Virus record (IMG/VR): IMGVR_UViG_3300033067_001309
Location: 1-34,950 of that record
DNA from: a virus
Taxonomy: Duplodnaviria > Caudoviricetes
Length of the DNA stretch: 34,950 nucleotides
Strand: one strand, 5' to 3'
The translations under genes were made by a program, and so were the position numbers. The notes below the pieces were generated by a model. The model worked only from the letters and a program-made list of their open reading frames with translations. It made no database searches and was not told the origin of the DNA. Positions 16,578-25,693 of the stretch are shown here, piece after piece (position 1 is the stretch's first letter; every line of letters starts with the position of its first letter).

Positions 16578-16868
16578 ATGGCCAACAGCCAGCCCGCCGC
16601 CTTCGAGCGATACACCATCCCCACCGACCAGACGGTTACGGGGCTCGACCTGGGCTTTGTGCAGGACAACATCCGCGCCGCATTCCTCTCGCTCCGGTCG
16701 TTCCGCTTCGCCCCCAAGGCGCCCGCCAACTCCAGCGCTCCTGGCGACCCCGGCGACGTCTGGTTTGGCGTTCAGAACGGCGTGGGCGTCCTCTACTTCT
16801 GCACCGGTCGCAGCACCGCCGATGCCCCCGCTGCGGTGTGGTGGAAGCTCACCGGCGCCAGCTTCTGA
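16578..16868 (+). CDS. Small putative tail structural protein
   Basis: APANSSAPGDPGDVW..LYFCTG..W, located between adaptor and nozzle. Confidence 0.7.
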   Translation: MANSQPAAFERYTIPTDQTVTGLDLGFVQDNIRAAFLSLRSFRFAPKAPANSSAPGDPGDVWFGVQNGVGVLYFCTGRSTADAPAAVWWKLTGASF

Positions 16869-16876
16869 GGTGACAG

Positions 16877-19800
16877 ATGGCACTCGAGCGCCAGTCCCTG
16901 CCCATCATCCTCGGCGTCAAGGGGCTCGACACCAAGAGCGACCCCCACGCCGTGCAGCCTCCGGCCCTCACCGAGCTGGAGAACTTCGTCTTTGAGAGCC
17001 CCGGGTCACTCCGCAAGCGCCTGGGCACGGCCGCGCTTGGATCCAGCGCCCCGGCCTCGCTCCAGACGGTGCTGACCACATTCGGCGCCGAACTACTGAC
17101 CCTCGCCAACGGAACGTTGTCCAGTTACACGCCCGGCGGTGGCAACTGGACCAGCCGCGGCAGCGTCTCCCCGGCCTCGGTCGTCTCGCGCGTCGTCGCC
17201 CAGGGCGTCAGTTCCTACGAGATGGCCGACGGGGCGACCTCCGGCGGCATCCAGGTGCGAGCCTGGCGCGACACCAACGACAACTTCATCTATGCCCAGA
17301 TCGTCGACGCGGTGACGGGCACCATCTACAGCACGACCAAGCTCTCGAGCGGTGCTGTCAGCACTCACGGCGTCCAGGTCATCGCCCAGGGTCTCTACAT
17401 CGCCGTCCTCTACCCGACCGGCACGAGCATCTCCGGTCGCCGCATGCTGGTGAGCGCCCCGGGCTCCGGCTGGGCTGCTGAGGTGGCGCTAGCTGGCCTC
17501 GGGACCGTGGGCAGCTTCGCCTGCGTCCCGGGCTCCGGCGCCTTCTTCCACCTCGCGGTGCGCGACACCGCGGCGGGCTCGGTCAAGCTGGCCGCCATCG
17601 ACCCCTCGGGCCCGAGCGTCCTGGGGTCGCCCGCCATCACCACGATCGGTGGCGTCTACGCGGCGGGCGTGGGAGCTCTCTCGCTCTGCGAGTCGAGCGG
17701 GCGCCTGCTGGTGCTCTGCGAGCAGGGCGCGACGAACCTCACCGCCTACGTCGTCAACGCCTCGACCTATGCCGCCATCGGCAATACCAGCATGGGCACC
17801 GAGGGCGGCACGGTCCGGCAGGCCGCTTGCTGCCCGGACGGCTCGGGCAACTGGTTCGCCTGGTACACGGTGTGGAACAGCAGCGCGAGCACCACCGACT
17901 TCGCCGCCTCCTGGGTGCGCGGCGTCCAGATCAAGAACGACTCCACCATCACCGCGGGCCCCACGACGCTGCTCTACGGCCACACGCTTGCGTCGTCCGC
18001 CATCGCCCCGAGCTCGGCCAAGGGCTACGTCTGGGCGCGGCAGTACACCAGCCAGCAGAGCGCCTACCTGTTGATCGACGTCTCCGGCAACGTCCTTGGC
18101 CGAGCCCTCCCGCTCCGGGCTGTCGAGCGCGCTGCCCTCCGCACCACGGGCCGGGCCGGGACCCTGCCGCAGATCCAGGCGCTCGGGTCGTCGAAGTACC
18201 TGACGCTCCTGCCCAGCCTCGAGGCCGGAGCAGCCGGCACCGTCTCGCTCGTCACAGGCGTCGCCACGGTGACGCTTGATTTCAGCTTCCGAGCGCGCCC
18301 CGCGGCCATCCGCCAGGGCCTCTTTCTGCCCGGCGGCCTCCCGCAGGTCTACGACGGCAACACACTGACCGAGTGCGGCTTCCTGGCCTTCCCCGAGGTG
18401 GACCTGCAGATGCAGGTGCAGCAGGGCGCACAGACGGCCTGGGCTGCGGCCACGGTCTACGCGGTGGGCAACGTCCGGCGCCCGACCCAGCCCAACGGCT
18501 ACGCCTACCGCGTGACTGCGGTCAGCGGCGCGGCCACCTCCGCGGGCGTCGAGCCCACCTGGCCGACGACCCCGGGCGCCACGGTCATCGACAACCCGGG
18601 CCCCAACCAGATCACTTGGACCTGCGACCGCTACAGCCTCGCCCCCTGGCTCGCCACCACGACCTACAAGGTCGGCGCCCTCGTCCAGCCGGCGGCCGTG
18701 CTCAACGGCTTCTGGTACATGGCGACGGTCCAGGGCGCCACGGCAGGCGCGGAGCCCACCTGGCCCACGACCATCGGCAGCACAGTCAACGATGGCGCGG
18801 CGACGTGGCGCTGCATGGGCCAGCTCGGCACTCCGGGCCTGGCCGACGGCACCCGCGCCTACTACGTCGTCTATGAGTGGCTGGACGCCAAGGGCCAGCT
18901 CCACCGCTCTCTGCCCTCGGGCGGCTCCGGCGTCACCGTCAGCCTCGCCACGGGCCAGGGCGCCGCGCTCCTGCGCCTCTCGCCGCTCCGTGCCACCGCA
19001 AAGACGGGCGTGCGGGTCGTGGTCTACCGCACCAACCTGGGCAGCAGCATCCCCGTGGTCGTCGGCAGCGTGCCGAACGACGCGACCCAGCAGTACATGT
19101 GGTTCCTGGACTCGGTGACCGACGCGCCGATCTACTGGACCACCGCCACGGCCAAGACGATTGGCCAACGCGTGCAGCCCACGGCCAGCATCGGCGTGCA
19201 GGCCCGATGCACCACGGCGGGCACCACGGGAGCCACGGAGCCGACCTGGCCCCGCGTGGTCGGGCAGACCGTCACGGACGGGACCGCGGTCTGGACGATG
19301 GAGGCCACGGCGGCCACCACGGCGGCGCTCTACACCACCCCCGGCGCCCTGACGTTGAGCACAGGCGTCCAGCTCACCGGCGAGATCCCCCACTTCCCTC
19401 CGCCCGCGTGCCAGTTTGCTGTAGCCCGGGCTGGGCGCCTCGTCCTGGCTGGGCTGGAGACCGACGGCAACCTGATCACGATGTCGAAGGCCGGTGCGAC
19501 GATGTTCCCGGGCTTCAACTCGCTGTCTCAGTCGGGCCTCGCCTACGCCTGTGACCAGGCAGGCGGCGACATCACCGCGATTGCCGCGCTCGACGAGAAG
19601 ATCATCGCCTTCAAGCCGCAGCGCATCGCCTACTTCGTCGGCGACCCGCCCGACGACAACGCCCTGAGCTCGGGCACGCTCGCACCCTCCGACCCGCTCG
19701 CCGCGGACACGGGCGCAGTGTCTCAGCACGGGCTCCTGCTGACCGATGACGGCTTCTATTTCGCGGCCAGCCGCGGCCTGTACCTGCTCCGGCGCGATCT

Positions 19801-20440
19801 CGGCGTGGAGTACGTCGGTGCCCCCGTGGAGGCCATCGTCGGCAAGGGCACGAGCATCACGGGCGGCGCGGTCATGTCGACCAAGACGCAGCTTCGCTGG
19901 ACCACCTCGGGCGGCATCGTCGTCTACGACACCCTCGTCGACGCCTGGGGCAAGCATACCGGCGTGGTCGCAGTCGACATCGCCATCTACAACGACCTGG
20001 CCGTCTACGCGACCTCAGGCGGTGTCGTGACCGAGGTAGCCGGGAGCTGGGCCGACTCGGGGACGCCCGTCCTCGTCAAACTGACCACAGGCTGGATTGC
20101 CCCGCAGGGCCCGCTCGCGTGGATGCGAGCCGAGCGCATGCACCTCGTCGGCGCCCTCCAGAGCCAGAGCACCTGGAAGATGAGCGAGTGGCACGACGGG
20201 CAGACCAACGCCACCGCAACGCAGACCTGGGCCGCCACGACCTCGGACACCGGAGACGGCAACGTGGGCTCTGACGCCCAGTTCCGCGTCGACTTCGGAC
20301 GCCAGCTCTGCCGGAGCGTCAAGGTCCGTCTGGAGGAGATCGATTCGCTCGGCGCGGGCATCTACCTGCACGCGCTGGCGCTCATCTGGAGGCCGAAGGA
20401 CGTGGAGCAGAAGAATGCCGCGGCCCAGCAAAAGGGCTAA
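16877..20440 (+). CDS. Tail nozzle/tubular protein (P22 gp10/T7 gp12-like) with three inserted carbohydrate-binding-like repeats
   Basis: N-terminal GLDTKSD..LENFVF..GSLRKRLG, propeller-like GRLVLAG, GDITAI and GFYFAASRGLY segments, C-terminal LTTGWI, and position after the adaptor. Confidence 0.8.
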   Translation: MALERQSLPIILGVKGLDTKSDPHAVQPPALTELENFVFESPGSLRKRLGTAALGSSAPASLQTVLTTFGAELLTLANGTLSSYTPGGGNWTSRGSVSPASVVSRVVAQGVSSYEMADGATSGGIQVRAWRDTNDNFIYAQIVDAVTGTIYSTTKLSSGAVSTHGVQVIAQGLYIAVLYPTGTSISGRRMLVSAPGSGWAAEVALAGLGTVGSFACVPGSGAFFHLAVRDTAAGSVKLAAIDPSGPSVLGSPAITTIGGVYAAGVGALSLCESSGRLLVLCEQGATNLTAYVVNASTYAAIGNTSMGTEGGTVRQAACCPDGSGNWFAWYTVWNSSASTTDFAASWVRGVQIKNDSTITAGPTTLLYGHTLASSAIAPSSAKGYVWARQYTSQQSAYLLIDVSGNVLGRALPLRAVERAALRTTGRAGTLPQIQALGSSKYLTLLPSLEAGAAGTVSLVTGVATVTLDFSFRARPAAIRQGLFLPGGLPQVYDGNTLTECGFLAFPEVDLQMQVQQGAQTAWAAATVYAVGNVRRPTQPNGYAYRVTAVSGAATSAGVEPTWPTTPGATVIDNPGPNQITWTCDRYSLAPWLATTTYKVGALVQPAAVLNGFWYMATVQGATAGAEPTWPTTIGSTVNDGAATWRCMGQLGTPGLADGTRAYYVVYEWLDAKGQLHRSLPSGGSGVTVSLATGQGAALLRLSPLRATAKTGVRVVVYRTNLGSSIPVVVGSVPNDATQQYMWFLDSVTDAPIYWTTATAKTIGQRVQPTASIGVQARCTTAGTTGATEPTWPRVVGQTVTDGTAVWTMEATAATTAALYTTPGALTLSTGVQLTGEIPHFPPPACQFAVARAGRLVLAGLETDGNLITMSKAGATMFPGFNSLSQSGLAYACDQAGGDITAIAALDEKIIAFKPQRIAYFVGDPPDDNALSSGTLAPSDPLAADTGAVSQHGLLLTDDGFYFAASRGLYLLRRDLGVEYVGAPVEAIVGKGTSITGGAVMSTKTQLRWTTSGGIVVYDTLVDAWGKHTGVVAVDIAIYNDLAVYATSGGVVTEVAGSWADSGTPVLVKLTTGWIAPQGPLAWMRAERMHLVGALQSQSTWKMSEWHDGQTNATATQTWAATTSDTGDGNVGSDAQFRVDFGRQLCRSVKVRLEEIDSLGAGIYLHALALIWRPKDVEQKNAAAQQKG
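18440..19300 (+). repeat. Three ~55-60 aa W..T..VG..P..EPTWP..G.TV.D..W repeats (18440-18625, 18647-18814, 19136-19300)
   Basis: EPTWP occurs three times; DNA GAGCC(C/G)ACCTGGCC. Confidence 0.9.
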
Positions 20441-20441
20441 A

Positions 20442-20457
20442 GTGATAGCCGTATCAC
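20442..20457 (+). promoter_or_regulatory. Late-gene palindrome, copy 2
   Basis: GTGATA-gccg-TATCAC followed by CAAGGAGG. Confidence 0.75.
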
Positions 20458-20470
20458 CAAGGAGGACGCG

Positions 20471-21412
20471 ATGGGCGACACCACAGGACACTTCGCAGGG
20501 AATCCGAACTACGGCCTGGGCGGCGCCTGGAACGACTTCATGGACAACATCGGCTTGGGCGTGAACAACCGCCTGCCGAAGGGTTACCAGCAGTACCAGT
20601 ACAGCGACCCGACGCCAGCCCAGTCCTACTTCACCAGCGCCAGGGCGGCACGGATGGGCTACGCGCCCCAGGGCGCCCGCAACTTCCAGAACGCCCAAGC
20701 CGCACAGCTCGGCATGACCGGGGACATGCAGCGCGCCCGGGAGCAGCAGTGGGCACAGGCCCAGCTCCTCGGCCAGCAGGCGCAGGGACAGGGGCTGCTG
20801 GCCCCCGTGATGATGCAGCAGAGCAACGACAACACCCTGCAGGCGCTGATGCGGATGAACGCGGCGAACCGCTCGACCGCGGGCGCCTCGGGCTACAGCG
20901 GGCAGGCTGGCGCGATGGGGCTCGCCCTCCAGGGCCAGCAGCAGGCGCAGGAGCAAGCGATGCGGGAGCGGCTGGCCGCACAGGACCAGCAAGCGGGGCT
21001 GCTCGCGGGCATCTACGGCAGCGACGCCGACCGCATGGCGCAGAACGCGGGCTTCCAGCAGCAGGCCAACCTCTACAACGCCCAGGGCCGCAACCAGATG
21101 ACCCAGGCCGACATGGACCGCCTGTACCAGTGGATGCAGCAGAACGCGGCCTTTCAGCAGGAGGCCAACATGCGGAACGCCGGCGGCCTCTCGCAGTACG
21201 GCGGCCTCCTGAACAGCAACAGCATGTGGCGGCAGGGCCAGATGGGGGCGCAGCAGGACGCGCTGAACCAATACTGGCTCGGCCAGCAGAACGCGGTGAA
21301 CCAGCAGAACCGCCAGGTGCTCCGCGACATCTACGGCAACACCATCAACGGCGGCACGAAGCTGATCAGTGGTGGGCTGGCGCCCAGCCCGATGCCCGCC
21401 GCTCCGGCGTGA
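20471..21412 (+). CDS. Putative ejection/pilot protein 1 (Gln/Ala/Gly-rich)
   Basis: Composition and position after the nozzle; strong SD. Confidence 0.7.
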   Translation: MGDTTGHFAGNPNYGLGGAWNDFMDNIGLGVNNRLPKGYQQYQYSDPTPAQSYFTSARAARMGYAPQGARNFQNAQAAQLGMTGDMQRAREQQWAQAQLLGQQAQGQGLLAPVMMQQSNDNTLQALMRMNAANRSTAGASGYSGQAGAMGLALQGQQQAQEQAMRERLAAQDQQAGLLAGIYGSDADRMAQNAGFQQQANLYNAQGRNQMTQADMDRLYQWMQQNAAFQQEANMRNAGGLSQYGGLLNSNSMWRQGQMGAQQDALNQYWLGQQNAVNQQNRQVLRDIYGNTINGGTKLISGGLAPSPMPAAPA

Positions 21413-21420
21413 GGTGACAC

Positions 21421-23043
21421 ATGGAAGACTTCGACGCCGAGCGGGTCGGCCAGCCTCTCCCCGCCTCGCCCAGCAAGTACGCCAACGACCCGCTCGTCAA
21501 GTCGAGCCTGGGCTTCGGCCTCCTCGGGCCCCTCGCGCTCCCTGGCCTCGTCACGGGCATCCAGGGCCAGGCCGCAGCCGGAGCCCTGCCGCAGTCGCTC
21601 GACTCGGCAGGGCAGAGCCTCCAGGGCTACGGGCAGCAGTTCGGCTCGCCCCTGCTCGGCGACCTCGGTGGAGCCCTCCGGGGCCCGGGGCCGGCCCAGC
21701 CTCAGCAGCCGCTCCCGCCCGGGCCGTGGGACCTCAACCTGCCGCCTCCGACGCTGCCGGGGCAGCAGTACGCCGCGCCCTGGGAACTCCCGACCAGCCC
21801 GGCATCGCCGCCTGTGCAGCCCCAGCGCATCGCCCCGGTCATGCCCGGAGGCGCTCGAGGCGGTGGCACTCCTGCGTTCGACCCGATGGCCGAGGCGGGG
21901 AAGCTGCTCAAGCCCCAGGCTGATGCCAACGCCAAGCTCGCCGACGCCGAGATCGCCAACAGCAACGCCCAGGCGCAGCACAAGAGCGACCAGGCGATGG
22001 CGATGTTCAACGCCGAGAACCAAGCCAACGCCAAGCGGCAGGCGTTCGAGCAGGCGCAGGCCCAGCAGCTCGCGGCCTGGGGCAAGGCCAACGACGAGCT
22101 CGCCAACGCTGCGCCCGACCCGAACCAGCTCTGGAACCGCCTCAGCGGCGGGCAGCAGCTCCTCGCGGGCCTCGCGGTGGGCCTCCACGGCATTGGCGAC
22201 GCCTTCATGGGCACGCACACAGAGAACCCGCTCGACCGCGCAATCCGCATGAACCTGGACCAGCAGAAGGCCCAGATCGACAGCAAGCGGGCCAGCCTCG
22301 CGGGCAAGCTCAACCTCATCAAGATGTACCGGGACAACGGCCTGGACAGTCTCGCCGCCGAGAAGGCCGCACACCTGAAGATGACCGAACTGGCCGGGGA
22401 CTACCTCGACAGCGTGGCGCAGAACGCATCCAACGGGGTCATTAAGGCCAAGGCCGAGGCCGAGTCTGCGCGGCTGCTTGGGCAGGTGCCGAAGCTCAAG
22501 ATCGAGCTTCAGAAGGCGACCGACGAGCACGCCAAGACGTGGGCGGAGATCAACCACATCAAGGCCCAGACGGCGCAGGCGGGTGCCAAGGCAGCGGGCA
22601 TGGACCCCAAGCTGATGGTCCAGCTTCCCGATGGGCGCACCTTCTCGGCGCCGACGGAGAAGGATGCGGAGCTCATCCGCAATCAGATCGCACAGGGCAA
22701 GAGCTTCAAGGCGACGCTGGACGAGATCGCCAAGACCTCGCCCGGGCTTGCCGACCAGTTTCTCAACTGGATCGGCTACACGACTCCGACACAGGCCCAG
22801 TTTAACGGCTTGGCCCAGAGCGCCGTGGACAAGTTCCGCCCGGCGACCTCGGGCAGCACGGCCGAGATGGGCGACCCAAGCCAGAGGGCCCTGCGCTCCA
22901 CCTTGGCCCGGGCCCCCGGTGAGAGCGGCGCCGCCTACGCCGACCGCCTGCGTCGGATGGGCCAGCAGGCCGACGTCGGCCTGAACTCGACGCTCACGGC
23001 CATCGGACAGGCCCCCATCATCAACGCCACCCCGAGGAAGTGA
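21421..23043 (+). CDS. Putative ejection protein 2
   Basis: Pro-rich then helical Ala/Gln-rich; GAGGTG SD. Confidence 0.7.
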   Translation: MEDFDAERVGQPLPASPSKYANDPLVKSSLGFGLLGPLALPGLVTGIQGQAAAGALPQSLDSAGQSLQGYGQQFGSPLLGDLGGALRGPGPAQPQQPLPPGPWDLNLPPPTLPGQQYAAPWELPTSPASPPVQPQRIAPVMPGGARGGGTPAFDPMAEAGKLLKPQADANAKLADAEIANSNAQAQHKSDQAMAMFNAENQANAKRQAFEQAQAQQLAAWGKANDELANAAPDPNQLWNRLSGGQQLLAGLAVGLHGIGDAFMGTHTENPLDRAIRMNLDQQKAQIDSKRASLAGKLNLIKMYRDNGLDSLAAEKAAHLKMTELAGDYLDSVAQNASNGVIKAKAEAESARLLGQVPKLKIELQKATDEHAKTWAEINHIKAQTAQAGAKAAGMDPKLMVQLPDGRTFSAPTEKDAELIRNQIAQGKSFKATLDEIAKTSPGLADQFLNWIGYTTPTQAQFNGLAQSAVDKFRPATSGSTAEMGDPSQRALRSTLARAPGESGAAYADRLRRMGQQADVGLNSTLTAIGQAPIINATPRK

Positions 23044-25232
23044 TGGACCTGCCCGCGTTCGCCCCAGACGGCTCCCCGGTCTACATCCCCGAGGAGCAGG
23101 CCGCCGCAGCCCAGGCTCAGGGCTTCCGGGTGGACGAGGCCGCCCTTGCGCGCCAGCAGGCGCAGGCCGCCGAGGCCGCCAGGTTCGATGCCCCGCTGAC
23201 GGCTGGCCTCGCTGGCGCTGCCCGGGGCCTCAGCCTCGGCACCTCCGACCTGGCCTTCACGAAGCTGGGCGGCGACCCGGCGACCCTGAAGGGGCTGGAG
23301 GAGTACAACCCCACGGCCTCCATCATCGGCGAGGGCGTGGGCATGCTGGCCCCGCTCGCGCTCTCTGATGGCGCAGCGGCCCCTGCCGAGGCTGGCACGC
23401 TCGCCCGCCTCAAGGGGCTGGTGACGGCTCCAACGCGGGCGCTGGGCGCGGTGGCCGAGGGTGCCGGGGAACTCGGGGCCAAGGCTGGGCTGGGCGAACT
23501 GGGCCAAGCCGCGGTGCGCGGTGCCGTCGAGGGCGCCGGCTACCAGATGGGCAACAACCTCAGCGATAGCGCCATCCAAGACCATCCGCTGACGGCCTCG
23601 GCCCTCTTCGACAACGTCGGCGAGGCGATGTTGTTTGGCGGCGCCGCCGGTGGCGCGGTGGACAAGCTCGTCGGCGCGGTGACCGAGCACGCCCCGGCGA
23701 TGCTCCAGCGGGCCGACGACGCGCTTGAGCACCTGGCCCAGCGGGCCGAGCTCGGGGCCGAGGCGCCCGGGCTCAAGGCTGCCCTGCGCGACTCCGGCAA
23801 GGCCCTCGATGAGGTCGCCGAGCACCTGACCTCCGAGGCCATGCCTGCCCGGGTGCGGCAGCTCCTGCAGGACGCGCCGCCGCTCGCCGGGGTGCCGGAG
23901 GCGCTGGCCCAGGCCGCCAAGGCCGCGCCAGAGGCCGAGGCCGTCATTGCCTGGGCCTCCAAGGCTGCCGAGGGCGCTACCTCGCTCGCCGAGCAGCACG
24001 AGCTGCTAGCCAAGCTGGCGGCAAAGCTCGACGCCGCCCCGCAGGCCCAGGCCGAGCTTCGGGGCATCCTCTCCGCGCCCGCCTTCGGCGAGGCTGGCAA
24101 GTACACCGCCCAGGTCGAGCAGAGCCTCGCCCCCGTGCGTGCTGCCCGGGCCGCCGTCGAGGCTGCGGCGCCTGCAGAGCGCCCTGCCGCCATCGCCGCC
24201 TATCGGGAGGCCGCAGGCAAGGCCCTGGATGACCTCCAGACCTCGACCTATCGCCACGTCACGGGCCCCACAACCTCGCTGGACACGCTCCAGCGCTCGC
24301 TCGACACCCTCCACGCCGGGGCCGCGCCTGCGCCCATGCCGACGCACGGGGGCCTGCTCGCGGGCCTCGGGGAGCACTCGGGGGCCCTCGGGCTGCTGAT
24401 GCACCTCCCGGGCATGCACCATCTGGCCGCGCCCCTCGCTGCTGTCGGAGCCGGGGCCGAGCTGGCGCGGGTCGTACGCGGTGGCCAGAGCGCGACGGTC
24501 GCCCGCATCGCCCGGCAGGCCGGGGAGAAGGTCGCCGCCATCCAAAGCGGCGTCGCTGCCGCCCTCGGGCCAACCACCGCAAGCAAGGCGGCCCGGGCCG
24601 CCACCGCAGCCAGCGCGTTGCCCTCGCGGAGCCCCGAGGCCGTGGCTCAGCGGGCCTCCCAGGTCAGGGCCATGGCCCAGCAGCCCGCGCTCATCGCCCA
24701 GCGGGCCTCACAGAGTGCTCCGCTGACCCTCGCGCACGCGCCCCAGGTCGGCGCCGCGCTGACGGGCACCGCCGCGAGGGCCGTGCAGTACCTGGCCCAG
24801 GTCGCACCCAGGGACCCGCGTCCGCCCTCGCCCATGCCCTCGGCGCCCTGGGTGCCCTCGCGGACGGAGACGGAGGCCTATGCCCGGGTGGAGGCGGTCG
24901 TCCTCCAGCCCTCGCGGGTGCTCACGTCCATGCGGGCCGGCCAGCTCACGCCCGCTGAGGTGGAGGCGTGCCGCACGGTCCATCCCGACTACTACGCCCG
25001 GGTCGTGCAGGCGGCCATGGACCACGTCACCGCCCTCTCCAGGCCTCCACCCTACTCGGCTCAGCTCCAGCTTGACGTGCTCCTGGGCAAGCCCATCTCG
25101 CCGATGGGGCAGGCGGCGCCCGTCCTGGCCAACGCCCAGCCGCCTCCACCGCAGCCCCAGCCTCCGCCGAGGTCTGGCGGGGCGAAGCACCTGACCCTGG
25201 GCGAGCGGTCGGACCTCGACATCCGGGATTGA
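23040..25232 (+). CDS. Putative ejection protein 3 (Ala/Gly-rich)
   Basis: GAARGLSLGTSD..NPTASIIGEGVG and GAVEGAGY glycine-zipper-like segments. Confidence 0.7.
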   Translation: MMDLPAFAPDGSPVYIPEEQAAAAQAQGFRVDEAALARQQAQAAEAARFDAPLTAGLAGAARGLSLGTSDLAFTKLGGDPATLKGLEEYNPTASIIGEGVGMLAPLALSDGAAAPAEAGTLARLKGLVTAPTRALGAVAEGAGELGAKAGLGELGQAAVRGAVEGAGYQMGNNLSDSAIQDHPLTASALFDNVGEAMLFGGAAGGAVDKLVGAVTEHAPAMLQRADDALEHLAQRAELGAEAPGLKAALRDSGKALDEVAEHLTSEAMPARVRQLLQDAPPLAGVPEALAQAAKAAPEAEAVIAWASKAAEGATSLAEQHELLAKLAAKLDAAPQAQAELRGILSAPAFGEAGKYTAQVEQSLAPVRAARAAVEAAAPAERPAAIAAYREAAGKALDDLQTSTYRHVTGPTTSLDTLQRSLDTLHAGAAPAPMPTHGGLLAGLGEHSGALGLLMHLPGMHHLAAPLAAVGAGAELARVVRGGQSATVARIARQAGEKVAAIQSGVAAALGPTTASKAARAATAASALPSRSPEAVAQRASQVRAMAQQPALIAQRASQSAPLTLAHAPQVGAALTGTAARAVQYLAQVAPRDPRPPSPMPSAPWVPSRTETEAYARVEAVVLQPSRVLTSMRAGQLTPAEVEACRTVHPDYYARVVQAAMDHVTALSRPPPYSAQLQLDVLLGKPISPMGQAAPVLANAQPPPPQPQPPPRSGGAKHLTLGERSDLDIRD

Positions 25233-25261
25233 CATATCAGCGAGTTTGGCGCAGGGACCTC

Positions 25262-25285
25262 CTTGGTGATATGCGTATCACCAAG
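25262..25285 (+). promoter_or_regulatory. Late-gene palindrome, copy 3
   Basis: CTTGGTGATA-tgcg-TATCACCAAG (perfect 10-bp arms) running into the GAGGTG SD. Confidence 0.8.
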
Positions 25286-25294
25286 AGGTGAACC

Positions 25295-25693
25295 ATGGTC
25301 CGCCGCAATCCGCTGCTTGTGCCGTTCCTGCTTGCCGTGCTGGCTCTGGCTGCCTCCGCTGGCGCCGTCGTGCCGCTCGTCCCCAAGGGGCGCGGGCCCG
25401 CGCTGGTCCAGCCCATGGCGGTCGTCACCAAGACGCCGACGAAGATCGCGCTGGCGGGCTCGGCCTCGGCCTCGACGACGCTGACGACGGCCCAGCTCGG
25501 CTCCTGCTTCCGCATCTCCTGCACCGTCGACTGCGCGTACCGCGTCGGCACCGGCGCCCAGACCGCCACCATCGACGACAACCAGCTCCCGGCCCAGGTC
25601 ATCGAGCGCGTCTGCCTGTACGACGCCTACGACACCATCGCCTTCTTCTCCTCGGCGGCTGGGTCGGCCTACGTCGCGGTGCAGGCGCCGTGA
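25295..25693 (+). CDS. Signal-peptide-bearing small beta-rich protein (4 Cys)
   Basis: MVRRNPLLVPFLLAVLALAASAGA N-terminus. Confidence 0.8.
   Translation: MVRRNPLLVPFLLAVLALAASAGAVVPLVPKGRGPALVQPMAVVTKTPTKIALAGSASASTTLTTAQLGSCFRISCTVDCAYRVGTGAQTATIDDNQLPAQVIERVCLYDAYDTIAFFSSAAGSAYVAVQAP

Noticed and set aside
18440-19300. Diversity-generating retroelement repeats
   Set aside because: No reverse transcriptase is present and the repeats are diverged protein-level duplicates, not adenine-specific variants.
17489-19957. Long antisense ORFs (also 3714-5114, 9029-10510, 20015-21271, 21331-22557)
   Set aside because: These are shadow frames expected from high GC at third codon positions, lying opposite well-supported genes and lacking motifs.
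20442-20457. Late palindrome as a CRP/FNR site or lambda-type operator
   Set aside because: The spacing is GTGA-N8-TCAC rather than N6, and the TATCAC half-sites face the opposite way to lambda operators.
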